From the human T2T-CHM13v2.0 reference genome, Homo sapiens: a stretch of 64,000 nucleotides of DNA. Position numbers and translations under genes: made by a program. Location: NCBI RefSeq assembly GCF_009914755.1, contig NC_060927.1; one strand, 5' to 3'. Each line of letters begins with the position of its first letter. Position 1 is the first letter of the stretch. A model generated the notes under the pieces. That model was not told the origin of the DNA. It worked only from the letters and a program-made list of their open reading frames with translations, and did not search any database. Shown here one piece after another: positions 13,740-31,514 of this stretch.

Positions 13740-16700
13740 CATTTGACCAACCATTTTAAACTGTGTAGGACTATAATATGACTATGGATAATAATATGAT
13801 TTTGTAGCTGTTAAGCAGCAGCCAGTTTTTCTAGATATGAACACTGAAGGGAGAAAAAAGATTGAGATGAAAATTAGGCTAAGGCTAGATTTCTTGGAGC
13901 TGGTCTAAAATATTCACTTCTATTAGATTATTCACAAATTTTTTGTCTTGCATAAACATGTAAAAATGATTGGTAGGTGACATGTTACAATATTGACATT
14001 ACACTTTCTACATATATTTGACATAGAATATGTCTCCCACACTCCAAACAGCTTCATGCATTTTAATTTATCCCACACGCAGATACTGACAGGCTATCTT
14101 ATCATCACCATTTCACATTGCAACAGAAATTATATGCCTGGCTGTGCTTGGAACAGTTGTACAACTGTGTTCAAATTAGCAACGTTTACAAAGAGAGAAA
14201 ATGTAAAACTAACAAGACATTAAGGAGCAGATAAGTGGGGGCAAAGGGAGTCAGTTTCACATAATGTCCTTAAGGTGTCCAATCCAACAATAAATATTTG
14301 CATTGCTTTTCTAAACATTGTACCAATGTGTGTATGCTAATTCTTTCTCACTTGTTTAATGGAAAGTTGTCCTCATGTGGCATCACATAGTTTAAAGTGT
14401 CAGCATGATCATCATCCAATTAAATTTTCTCAAATTCATATTCTTGTATACTGTATCTCTCCCTCCTTTCTTTTTCTATTTATCCATTATTAAATTTTTG
14501 GCAAAATTTTCATTTTAGCCCTTTATTATTTATAAAATACAATTCTTAACTTTGAGTTGAAATTCAGATGACTTGCTTTAAATCGGTATTTGGACTTTTG
14601 GCACTAGTTAAGATCTGAGCCACTTTGTTGAAGTGGGACATATTTTTTTTTCCTTTTATTTAATCTTATTTCTATCAGATTTGTTTGACAGATAGCATAT
14701 TTCAATCAATCAAATACATATTAGATATGTATCAGAAGGCATACAGGAACTGTAGAGATGACAGCACTTTAACTTCAAAAGATACTAATTAACTGATTTG
14801 ACTGGAAATGTTCCTAATATGTGACAAGATTCATGGTTTTAAATAAAACATTTATTTTAAACATTTCGTGGAAAATCCAATTTTGATGTTATGGCACTGA
14901 CACCTAGATATGTGCAGCTATTCCATACCAAATGCTTTCTTCCCGAATGTCAACATGTCCTGTGTTTGTAAAAGTATTATTTAATATAACTAAAAAAAAA
15001 ACCATCATTTCAAACAATGAACTCTGAGAATGCGTGAGTAAAAATTGGGCTGTGCAAATAAATACTTGAAAAAATAATGATGATTTAATTATATAATTTT
15101 GTGTTAAACATCTCAAAAAATTTAATAGTTTTAAGTTATCTTAGTGGCGTCATTAAAACCTAGCAAGTTCTCACCTAATATGTAAGAAATTTTAAATTAT
15201 CAAAATAAATGGAGTTTGTAAGCCTCAAATTCTAGCATGTGATTTGTTGACTGTAGGACTTGAAACTGTGCTTTGTTAATTTATTTCTTATTACAATATA
15301 AAGATGCGTACTAAACAGCCTTACATAATTCTTCCCACCAATATGTCAGTAATTTTGACTTGACTTAATGGTAATCACTTCATAAAGTTTGTAAGTTTCT
15401 GTTTAAAAATTGTTAAGAAAAAGTGTGCACCACTACATGGGCAATGCACCATCATCCAGATGGTTGAAACATATGGTGTTGCTGAAGCTGTCACTCCTAG
15501 GATGCCACGTGCTGCAGCCACATGATAGAGGAAGCACACTACACATTTTCCCAACCTTGGCAGAATAAACAGAGTTTACCACTGGGATTAGACATTGATT
15601 TAATCTAAGTAGAATCTAAAAAATAATTTAATAGAAGTGTACTTTAAACATATCTGAATAAAAATATCTGAAAGGGGTTTAACAAATATCACATGGAAAA
15701 TTCAGTTAATTAAACCATGACTTTTTGTTATTACCTATTCTATAGCATTAAGTGAATCAATAGGCTGTTTTAGGTTTTTACTTAAAAACTATGTTTAATT
15801 TCATGTAGCTACAGTGATTTGCAGCCCTTTTGCATGCTAAAGGGGAGGTGGAGAGAATTAAAGAGATTAATCCCACAGAAATGTCAACCAGAGGGTTTTC
15901 CTTGTTTCCTCAAGCCTTTTTGTGATATATATGACAATATAAAAACGTTTTCTTACCTTTCTGTGTGTGTGTTTTGTTTTAAATGCTTTGCCAAAAATAA
16001 CTTTAACATAAATAGGTTCTTTAAATTATTTTGTGAAGTAAGAGAATAGATGACAATATGACTGTTTCATAGAAAATTGGAAAGTAAGAATTTTTCATGT
16101 TCATTCTCTTTCATAACAACAAAAGAAAGTTTGGCTTTTTAAAATAATTTGTACCTGGTTTTGGGGGCAGAGGTTGCTAGATTGACTCTTAAAAAATAAA
16201 TAGGAATAATTCATGAGATTATATATTAATAATTTATACATGTTAAGTTCTTATTTGTTATTAAAGGTGAATAATAGTTTATGTACATCATTTTACCTAA
16301 TTTCTCAAACCCACTAGTTGTTGGAAATGATATTCTGTTGTTATTTTTTGAAATCCCTTCTGTGGTTAACAGAGTATATATGTGCGTGTCTATTTTTCCA
16401 GTAGTGAGAGAGTGAGGAAAATTTGCCTGTCTGAGCTCCAAAGATTATTACTAAACAATTTGACAATATGGACTGAAAACATTCTTCTTATTAACTGAAT
16501 TCAGTATTTTACCTTAGAAGAAGTCAACTTAGGGAGACAGCTTGGGTAGCTAAATTTTGGCTATATTGTCTAAAAGATATTAAAAGGATATCTCTAATAT
16601 GAAGTTAAATATGGCTTTCCAAGTACAGGAAACGAGTTTGTGTTAAAAATACCAGCTTGCTACTAGGAACTGCATTTGAGAAAAAAAAGTTTATTAAGTG

Positions 16701-17618
16701 AATAATTTTTGATGCCAGTATAATGAGAGTAACTTGAAAGGGAAAGATCTAATCTTTGTGGTGTGATAGAACACACAAGGAAGGCAGCAATACTTAGTTC
16801 TAATTTTATTCATTCTTCTACATCAAATGGAAAAAAAGGAATTGACAAAAATCATTTCAAATAAAGTAAACATACGTAAAACTGTTTCTTGGAAGTTCAG
16901 TTTCCACATAGCACCGGTATATCTCCATCGAAGATGGTGTACTTGTTTTATATTTATTTTGATATTCAGTCTTGTTAAACATTCAAATAATTTAACTTCT
17001 AATGAAAGAAATGAACACTGATTTATAATTCACAATTTGTAAAACTGACATTTAAACATAAAATTATAAGATTAGTCGTGTGGGATAATGACACAGAAAA
17101 AGTATAGTTTGGTAAACAAATCAATTGTCAAAGTTTAAGAGAGTAGCTACAACTCAGTCATTATTGAAAAATTATAGTTAGTTTATCTTGATCGAGGGAT
17201 TGAATTAACTCTGTGGGTATTCTCTATTGAGGTATTTGATTAATGCCTTGAAATAGCACTTAAAGTGCTAGACAAACACTTTAAAAATATGCACAGGAAT
17301 ATCTAAAAAATTAGAAAAAACTTGGCAGGTATACTCTTTAGAGGATCAAATTATACAGCTTGAAATTGAGCATCAAGAAATTCAAATTAAGGATACAAAT
17401 AATTCACAGTTGGTGAGACCTGGTTTAACAGCAGATAGAGAGTGAGAGGAGAAGGTGAGGAAAGAAAACTCTTGGAAGTTTTGTTGACGACAAACTCAGG
17501 TAGTATAGCTAATAAAACAGTTAAATTGAGTATCAGTATCCATGGGTTATGCCAGCCAAAGAAAGTCATATTTTAAGGGGATATGAATAAGTTTGAATAT
17601 TTATAAAAAAGTAGCTTA

Positions 17619-17970
<352 letters not shown>

Positions 17971-20900
17971 TTAGGCAACATGGATTTAGTGTGGAAAAAT
18001 TGAAGTGTGTAGAGGGAAGTATAAAACTCCATGTCCTGTATTCTAACCACCTGGACTGCTTGATGGGTATTGCAGATGTTCTGCAATTTTTTGCCTCTGT
18101 AGTTTTGACAATCCCTCAAATTGCAATGCTATATCTTTTTTTTTTTAATGTGTTCTTCTCCAGTGATCAATTAAAATTCCAACAATGCTTTAAGGTTAGC
18201 CTCCAAAACTATCTCATCCACTTGCCTCCTTACAGGAATATCTTCCTCTACCCTCATTTCCAAAAGAACTTGGCACATTAGGGTCACATTCTTCTTTATA
18301 TGATAATGCCTTGGACATTTTATTCAGAATGTTCAGAACAGAAGGTATAAAAACATGTCTTTTTCAAACTCTTAACTCCCACAGTTTTGGTACAATCTAA
18401 CATATTTAATAAAAGCATTCTGTTGATTAAAGATCATTAATATTTAATTCAAAAGAAGATTATATTTTTGTATATAGAGCTGAACACACACAATACAAAA
18501 AAGAGAGGGCATGCGTACTGGTACTGATAAAAAAATGCTGGAAGTGATTACATTGAACATGTTTTCGAAATTTAATAATAATTATTTAAAGGAAGCAGAA
18601 TTCTATACATAAATACATAAGAAAAAATTAAAACTAACATTATTAAATGTATTTAGAAATAAACATTCAGAAAGATATAGTTTAAACAACTCTGCAAACT
18701 AGAGATTGTATCTCCTTTTAGAATAATAAACATTTGATAAATACATATCTGATTTAATGCTTTTAATTAATTGGACTTTTCATAAAATTAACAATAAATA
18801 TAAAGTAGCATTTATTTTTCAATATAAAGTAGTATTTTTCAATAGCAGGACTGCTGGGGGGGGCAGGCAAAATTATATGTATTGTATATATTTTTCAGGG
18901 TTTTTTTAAAACCTCCAAAATATATGTGTAAGAATGGATTTTTGTCATTATATATTCAATACTAAAGAAAATATTTATAGATACGTTAATTTTATAATTT
19001 TTGTTCTATTTTACTATTCATTTATCATATTTTATTTTGAATTAAAACTAACTTTGGTTGAAATCAACTTATACAACATAAATGTTGAATTTGAATTCCT
19101 TATAAAGATTAATAGTAAATGAATTGACATCTTACCTATACAATGTTTAGTTAGGTTGATTAATTTTGAAAACATTATTAGGGAATTACTGTTAGAAATT
19201 AGTAAAAATGCAGAAAAAGTTATTTTTGATAAATGAATAGAAAAGGGAAAATATTTCTCTGAAGTCTACAGAAACAGAAAATATTCTGACATAAAATGAT
19301 TTAAAGATGTTCCTGTGTAAACACTCAGCTATTTTGTCACTGCAAGTTTTGTTTGATGCTGAAAAATGATTAAAGTGGTGAGTGATATACAATCTTTAAT
19401 TAATATAAAAAATTTTCACCTAGGTTATCTTATAGAGTGGTCACATTGTGTGACTAGATTTGTATCTTGAATATTACCTGAAATTTAAACATCCTTTTAG
19501 AAAATCACTGTTATAGTGGCAAAATATAATTCCTTGAAGGCTCATTTATTTTTAAAAAGATCTGAAAGTCTTTTGGTGCCAACTATTAATGCATTCCATG
19601 ATCATTAAAAATACGATTTGATGCCCCATATTGGACCTTACTCTACAGTGAAAGTATACATTTTCTTATATAATTCCTGTAAGCTGAAAGAACATAATCA
19701 AAAAGAGAATTCCTAAAGTATTTTTAGTAATAACAACATCTAGATTTATGCTATAATTTATTTTTTAATATCAGAAGTAAAGCACTGTTAGAGTAATGAA
19801 CTATAAGGAAGAACCAAGGAAAGACAGCTGTTATTTGGGTTCTCTCTCTCTGAAGAAGCAAACAAACGCATTTTTGATTCATTTTTTTGCTCTTCCTTCA
19901 CATCAGTAAGAAGTATTCCATGATGCTAACTCAAAGGGATTTTTGCAGCTTAATACTTAGTCACAGCAATCAAATCAAAGTTAAAAGTCTTCTGGTCTTT
20001 ATCAATAAATGTACCATTACTATTCAACCTTTAGCACTACAGGAGGCATTTGGGATATTAAAATCATTTGTTTATAATGCACCCTTTTTTCTGACATGAA
20101 TTTCAATGTTATTCTTTTAATACTAAGGGAAAAAACGTTTGGCACAAACAGCAAACTAATGTATTTCAAGAAGAGATTCTTGCATGACATGATTCCTAAG
20201 AGATTTGCTTCAGTTAAAAGCATTCTTCTGTCCTGTGGATATTTGTGTACATGTCTGATTGAGTGGAAAAAACTGCTGGAGAAAAATGGGATCACAAATG
20301 TATGTTTTGACTGCTATCAAGTCAATACAGTAATAGGCTGGTGAAAACATCAAAACACAATCAAAAGCTGCCTTCAGTGTCTGAAAGAAGAATTTACTTG
20401 GCAGTCAGCCAAGAAAGGTCATTTTTTTTCTAACCTCATCAGTAAATATGAAGGAAATAAATCTGGGGATCGTGGTTTTTATAAAACAGTGTATATGGTT
20501 GCCCTACGGAAGACAATCTCTGACTTTATTATTTAAGATATGTATTTATTGCACTAGGTTGATAAGCCAAAATGTAAGGGGAGGCATTCACAACCAGGCC
20601 AATATGTATTTGCAAATTATTAAGAGAAGAATAGCCTATTATTCAACACATACTTATGGAAATTGATGTGTATTTGAAATGTTAATGCTTAGAAAATCCT
20701 TTGATACCTATTTGAAACACTAAGGAAATGCAAATAAATCTGACTATTTAAAAAGCTTGTATTCAATACTTTCATGTTAATTATAATAAAAATACTCTGA
20801 TGAAAGAATCTATGTGATACAATCAACATTACCTCACAAAATCAAAGCAATGATGCTTTAAAAATAATATTGATATATAAATCACAAGAAAAAAAGGCTA

Positions 20901-21889
20901 ATATGTAGAACATGAGAGTTTGAAATTCTCGGCCTGTGTTGAAAGTCTGCTATTTTAGTGGACATTTTTAATTACATACTTTAGAGGAGAAAAGCAGTTC
21001 CAATATATAAAACAACAAAAATTACAACTAATTTCTATATATTATGTACTGTGCTAATTGGTAACCATTTAAACCATAAAGAATATTTGTGAGCTGAGCA
21101 GTAATATAAAAACAGAAAAATCTGGTGTTTTTGACATCTGACTGTGCTTACTTTGAAAGTATATTTTACACTAGACACTGTGAATGGCCTGTATTCTAAA
21201 ACAACTCCAATTTTTGTTAAGAGTGGGAGTGATAGAAACATAAAAGTTATGATGTAATGTAATAACTGCTTAATCAAGAGCTATTGAAAAACAAAGTGAA
21301 CAATAAACTCTATGCCACTTTGGAATTATATTTATAATATCTGATATAGTCGAAATGTGAAGTTATTATATATTTTTACTAAATTTTGTTTGATTTAATC
21401 AGGGTTCTTCATACTATCCTTATCAATCCTATACAGGATGGAATCAGACTATTTTATTTAAACACACTAGGGATAAACATATAGAATGTAAAATATCAGA
21501 ATGAATCCTATATAGCCAAGATAGTATTATTTTGTAATATTTTATTTCAGTTTATATCTATCTGTCTACACACATCCTAATAAGACTGATCATATAAATT
21601 ATATTTTTTTACTGGAGATCATCATCATAAAACTTTGAAAAGCATAGCTTTAGCAAATTTAACAACTTGTAAGGTGAAAAAATAAATGATAGAAAATTGA
21701 GTGCCAATATCCTCCCCTCAACACAAAGAGAAATGCCATAGTGAGTATTATTTTATAAACTAGGATTATCCAATGCCAGCTGAATGTCAAACCCAAAATA
21801 GATTCAATAATAAAAATTGTGAAAACAATTGTTATGTTAACAATAAAAATATATTTACTCAAATCTATAAGAATATCATCAATAACTAT

Positions 21890-22105
21890 CATTTTATTGA
21901 TCTGCCTTGTGAGAGTACTTTACTAAGAGCTGAAAAATTAGTTCTTTGATTTTTATGACAACTCTATGAAATGTATATGAATATCCCCATTCTGTAGATA
22001 GAGAAAATGTGGTAAGGAAAATTAAATCATTTGAAGAAATGTAAACTGCTAAAACATGCCAGATCACATCCAAAGATTATTCTGCTAATTACTATGCCAC
22101 CTGTG
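21890..22105 (-). mobile_element. MIR SINE
   Basis: 'acaactctatgaaat...atccccattctgtagatagagaaaa' resembles the reverse MIR core. Confidence 0.65.
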
Positions 22106-22183
22106 CTTTACATGAAAGTTCATGTTTCTGAAATTTTCCGCCTGGAACAAGGCATGATAGGCCATAATTAGAACAGACTAGTT

Positions 22184-22680
<497 letters not shown>

Positions 22681-22812
22681 CAGAAGTTTGTAATGTGCCA
22701 TTAAAGTAGAAAACCGCAGACCTAGACAGAATGAATCAGAGTATCTCTGCAAGGTGCATAGCTATCTGTATGGGAGCAGGTTTTCCTGAGGAATCTAGTG
22801 CATAGTAATGAT

Positions 22813-23266
22813 TGACGCAGGAGACAGCCAAATGCCTACGTAGATAGGGAAGGGTCTCTGGAGAACCTCAGACTCACCCAGGTCATTTTGCACTGGGGTG
22901 TTGCCTAAACATGCTCACAGTGAAAAATTCTCTCCCTTAACAGACGTGCAGTAAGGGAAATAAATCAATGTGGAGTGGATCAGACTAAGGGCCCACATGT
23001 GCACTGTAAGGAAGGGGTGAAGCCACAAGGAATTTGCGCCTTTTTCAAGGGAGGAGCCTGGTCTCTTCAGCTCGTGTGTGGTGGCCTGGTATTCAAGTGC
23101 GACGGAAAAAAACCTGCCTGCAGGACCCCTCTCCTTGCTGATAACTTTCCTTTCACTTAAAAATTCAGTCCTTCTTTCCCTTCAATGTGTTCATGTGCCT
23201 AATTTTTCCTGGTTGTGAGACAAGAACCCAGATTTACTTGAATTAAGGAGCAAAAATCTTGCATCA
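22813..23266 (+). mobile_element. MER61-family solo LTR (ERV1)
   Basis: tgacgcagga...cttgcatca termini; 'gcagtaagggaaataaatcaatgtggagtgg' and 'gagacaagaaccc' motifs. Confidence 0.75.
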
Positions 23267-24699
23267 GTATTATATTAAATCTATTGGCCATGAGGTGTTT
23301 TTAAGGAATCCTGAGGTAGCTTTCTCAAAACACTTTTTAATTTTTAATTTTATTATGTGTTAAAAATAAAGGCTGCAGCAACATAGTTCAGAATTTAGTC
23401 ATTCCAATAAGAATGAGGCTTCCTTATCCCCCTCCACATGCATCCTGTTTTTGGTGCTATGAATCAATATCTGCATTTCCAAGTTTTGGAACAAGTAAAG
23501 AAATCTAAGCAAACTCTCACCACAAAATAAAATTTCTAATTATAGAAAGAGTGATGCCTCTTTAATAAAATGTTATAAATAAAAAAGGTAAATTTGATAC
23601 ATGTAGTGAAATAGTTAAAGTTATTCTGAGTCTACAAGTGAGTCATACGCTAAGTAAACGTGCTTTTATAAAAAACACTAGCAAGGAACATTAACAAGAT
23701 TTTATTAGGCATAGTAGGAGCAGGAAAGGGCTTGTTACTAAAATAAAACCATCAATAACCTTGGATTTGAGGCAAAAGGAAGGGAAAAATCCAGACAGAG
23801 GTTTGACAAAGTTTGTTTCAGAAGAGCTAATATAGCTGGCTTTGGAGCGTGAAAGTGCAGTCATTTATCTACTGAGGGTGAGAATTACTGGGCAGAAGAA
23901 AATGGTTCTTAAAGATTTTGAAATCAAAACTTTAGTAGCAAGCATATTTTGGTAAAGTCAGTTATGATGTGCTCATAATAATGACGATTTTTCAGGAGGG
24001 AAATACTTTTCAGACAATTACCTCAGGCTTGATGTCAATTTCCAATGAATCTTATAGGGGCCTTTTATTCTTTGTATGTTCACAGTGGAATGGGCTCTAA
24101 TAGATGTCTTAACCTACCTATGATATTTAGTCCAGTTTTAAAGGGCTATAAATGCCACAAAATTTTTTATTATCTTTAAGTTACAACAAAAGTATTATTT
24201 GAGAAAGAAAATTTTCAGCAACTAACCATAGAGTGTCTATTATTATTTTTTTGTTACTGTTTTAAACTGATGGGAAAGGCATAAATTAAGAATTGTGTTT
24301 GCCTACCTAGCAGGAGAGCTGAAATTAAAGTATAGCACAGTATTAATTAAGAGAACAGAAGAAGAAAAAATGACAAAACAGCCAGAATTAGAAGTTGAAA
24401 GAATTTTAATTATATTACACCTGATTGCTCCAAATTAGGTGTAAAGAGCAAGGAGTAATTTGAATTTTCAACTAAGTCAAAGATGTAATTATTTTGGTGT
24501 GCTAAGAAAAATTTTACCAAGGAAAGATAAGTAGCATTTTGGTTTGCATATTATAAAGTTGGACAGTGTACTGCCATAAAGATTATCTTAGTGTGCTTAT
24601 TACTGGCACTGTGTTTCAAATGTTTTAAACTGTGAATTGTGAAATAGAGTATACATATAAAAAAGAGTTATATGAGAAATATGTATAATATAAAACAGA

Positions 24700-25025
24700 A
24701 GAATATTGAACTCTTGTTGTTCCTAATACTGAAGTCCAAATGTAAAACATCAATATCTCTGAACCCTTCTTTGGGCCCAGCTTTGTCCTCAGTCCCTTGA
24801 TGTGGTCAACAAAACTCAAATTCCTGTGGTATGGCAAATGCAAAACTAGCCTAAATTCTCCGCTTGCTTTTCCTGGTTTCTACATTCATTTGCTTTTTGG
24901 ACTAATTAGTCTTTACTTTCTTGTCACCTTATCTTTATATTTATGAGATTTTTTTAAAAATTAATCTCATATTATAATTATTTACAATAGGAAGGCTGGT
25001 CGATTTACCATAAACCTTCTTGAAA
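24700..25025 (-). mobile_element. Old L1 (L1ME-like) 5' end fragment
   Basis: Weak resemblance ('aggaaggctggtc...taccat') to the reverse L1ME 5' terminus. Confidence 0.35.
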
Positions 25026-25678
25026 TATCAATTAGTCAAATATGCTTTTATATTTGAAATATAAGTTAATAAATATCAAGTTGGTTTTAATCCAACCAGA
25101 GTAATATTTTATGCATGCAAATGGATTTGTGGATCATCACAGTAGATGACAAGAACATGGCTGAATCATTTGTTGGTTTTATAAAGGAAAGGAAAAACAT
25201 TTACTTCTCCAGAAGTGCTCTTTTAGAAATTAAGCTATAAGCTATAAGATATTAGATCAGAGCATTAGAACCTAGAGCATTTTGCATGCTCTGCAAATGT
25301 GACACCAGAAATATCTCAGAGCAGAAAATTGTGTATTTTTATTAAAATGATCAGAGTACCAATGCTGGTAACTCTCAGAGAGCTCCAAAGAAAAAATAAT
25401 ATTGTGATTTAAATAGACAAAAATTGTGATGCCTTCTTATCAAGAATGCTTTATTTTATTTTATTTTATTATTATTATACTTTAAGTTTTAGGGTACATG
25501 TGCACAATGTGCAGGTTAGTTACATATGTATACATGTGCCATGCTGGTGTGCTGCACCCATTAACTCATCATTTAGCATTAGATAAATCTCCTAATGCTA
25601 TCTCTCCAACCTACCCCAACCCCACAACAGTCGCCAGAGTGTGATGTTCCCCTTCCTGTGTCCATGTGTTCTCATTGT

Positions 25679-29224
<3,546 letters not shown>

Positions 29225-29454
29225 TATACATTTGTCTAAATTTTTTTCAAGTTTTTAACTTCTTTGCCTTTGGTTTGAATTTCCTCCAGTAGCTCGGAGT
29301 AGTTTGATCATCTGAAGCCTTCTTCTCTCAACTCGTCAAAGTCATTCTCCATCCAGCTTTGTTCCATTGCTGGTGAGGAACTGTGTTCCTTTGGAGGAGG
29401 AGAGGCGCTCTGCTTTTTAGAGTTTCCAGTTTTTCTGCTCTCTTTTTTCCCCAT
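29225..29454 (-). pseudogene. L1 ORF1p N-terminal remnant (~codons 1-77), premature stop at codon 49
   Basis: MGKKESRKTGNSKKQSASPPPKEHSSSPAMEQSWMENDFDELREEGFR*; ATG at 29454, TGA at 29310-29308. Confidence 0.9.
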
Positions 29455-30487
29455 CTTTGTGTTTTTATCTACTTTTGGTCTTTGATGATGGTGATGTACA
29501 GATGGGTTTTTGGTGTGGATGTCCTTTCTGTTAGTTTTCCTTCTAACAGACAAGACCCTCAGCTGCAGTTCTGTTGGAGTTTGCTAGAGGTCCACTCCAG
29601 ACCCTGTTTGCCTGGGTATCAGCAGTGGTGGCTGCAGAATGCGGATTTTCTTGAACCGCGAATGCTGCTGTCTGATCGTTCCTCTGGAACTTTTGTCTCA
29701 GAAGAGTACCTGGCCGTGTGAGGTGTCAGTCTGCCCATAGTTGGGGGTGCCTCCCGGTTAGGCTGGTCGGGAGTCAGGGGTCAGGGACCCACTTGAGGAG
29801 GCAGTCTGCCTGTTCTCAGATCTCTAGCTGCGTGCTGGGAGAACCACTGCTTTCTTCAAAGCTGTCAGACAGGGACATTTAAGTCTGCAGAGGTTACTGC
29901 TGTCTTTTTGTTTGTCTGTGCCCTGCCCCCAGAGGTGGAGCCTAAAGAGGCAGGCAGGCCTCCTTGTGCTGTGGTGGGCTCCACCCAGTTGGAGCTTCCC
30001 AGCTGCTTTGTTTACCCAAGCAAGCCTGGGCAATGGCGGGCACCCCTCCCCCAGCCTTGCTGCTGCCTTGCAGTTTGATCTCAGACTGCTGTGCTAGCAA
30101 TCAGTGAGACTCCGTGGGCATAGGACCCTCCAAGCCATGTGCGGGATATAATCTCCTGGTGCACCGTTTTTTAAGCCTGTCAGAAAAGCGCAGTATTAAG
30201 GTAGGAGTGAACCGATTTTCCAGATGCCGTCTGTCACCCCTTTCTTTGACTAGGAAAGGGAACTCCCTGACCCCTTGCGCTTCCCGAGTGAGGCAATGCC
30301 TCGCCCTGCTTCGGCTCGTGCATGGTGCACTGCACCCACTGTCCTGCACCCACTGTCTGGCACTCCCTAGTGAGATGAACCCGGTACCTCAAATGGAAAT
30401 GCAGAAATCACCCGTCTTCTGCATCGCTCACGCTGGGAGCTGTAGACTGGAGCTGTTCCTATTCAGCCATCTTGGCTGCCCTCCTCC
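29455..30487 (-). promoter_or_regulatory. L1 5' UTR (internal sense promoter with YY1 site, antisense promoter)
   Basis: YY1 core gccatctt near 30467-30474; CpG/GC-richer than the flanks; promoter function is established for the family, activity of this copy unknown. Confidence 0.7.
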
Positions 30488-30530
30488 AGCAATGACCAAG
30501 AATGGTTTTCCTTACCCAATCAACTTTTGA
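30033..30530 (+). pseudogene. L1 antisense ORF0 homolog, single stop at codon 25
   Basis: ATG 30033: MAGTPPPALLLPCSLISDCCASNQ*DSVGIGPSKPCAGYNLLVHRFLSLSEKRSIKVGVNRFSRC, similar to primate ORF0 (MAGAPPPASLPPCSLISDCCASNQRDSVGVGPS...); TGA at 30105-30107. Confidence 0.8.
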
Positions 30531-31126
30531 GAGGTTAACAAGAAGAAGAAAGAAATAGAGAAGCTGGAGTAAGAGAGAATGGCATCATGACAGATTTTTC
30601 AGGTACAGTTAAAATGGTTAATGTGACAATAGCTCAGCAATAGTGGGACAACAAATGGGACTTAATCAACTACATTATAGGTAAAAGAGATGATTCTTTG
30701 TCCTAAACAATAATCATAGGCTAGCCGCAATTTATTTGGCAGATAATCAGTAGACTATGTTAAGATTCATGCACATCATTCTAAAAACCACCATCTGAAA
30801 GTGTATTTAAAGGAATCAAAAAACTACCAGAACTGAAACTTTTCTTTATTTTTTTAACTGAAAACACACCTATAATTACAAAGTTTGAATGACAAAAAGA
30901 ATTCAGTATCTCTTTTTGTATCATCACTCTATTAAAATGTAAATCATTCAGAAAATATTTTAATGGTAATATTTTTCTTAGTTAATCTTTTTCTACACTT
31001 TTGAAAACTGAAGTCAAATTTTTTTTTCTTATAAAGCATATCTAGTTTAACCTACCCAATTAATCAATTGTTAACATTTTTATTTCTGTCTGTGCATAAG
31101 CTTGAAGTAATCCTTGAAATAACTAA

Positions 31127-31514
<388 letters not shown>

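Noticed and set aside
23600-24130. Possible minus-strand LTR-like segment
   Set aside because: Could not identify termini, TSD or family with confidence
24995-25010. 'ggctggtcgat' resembling a Y RNA 5' end
   Set aside because: Similarity does not extend; no matching 3' stem or U tail
29912-30097. 61-aa antisense ORF in the L1 5' UTR as ORF0
   Set aside because: Different frame and a non-ATG start; the ORF0 homolog begins at ATG 30033
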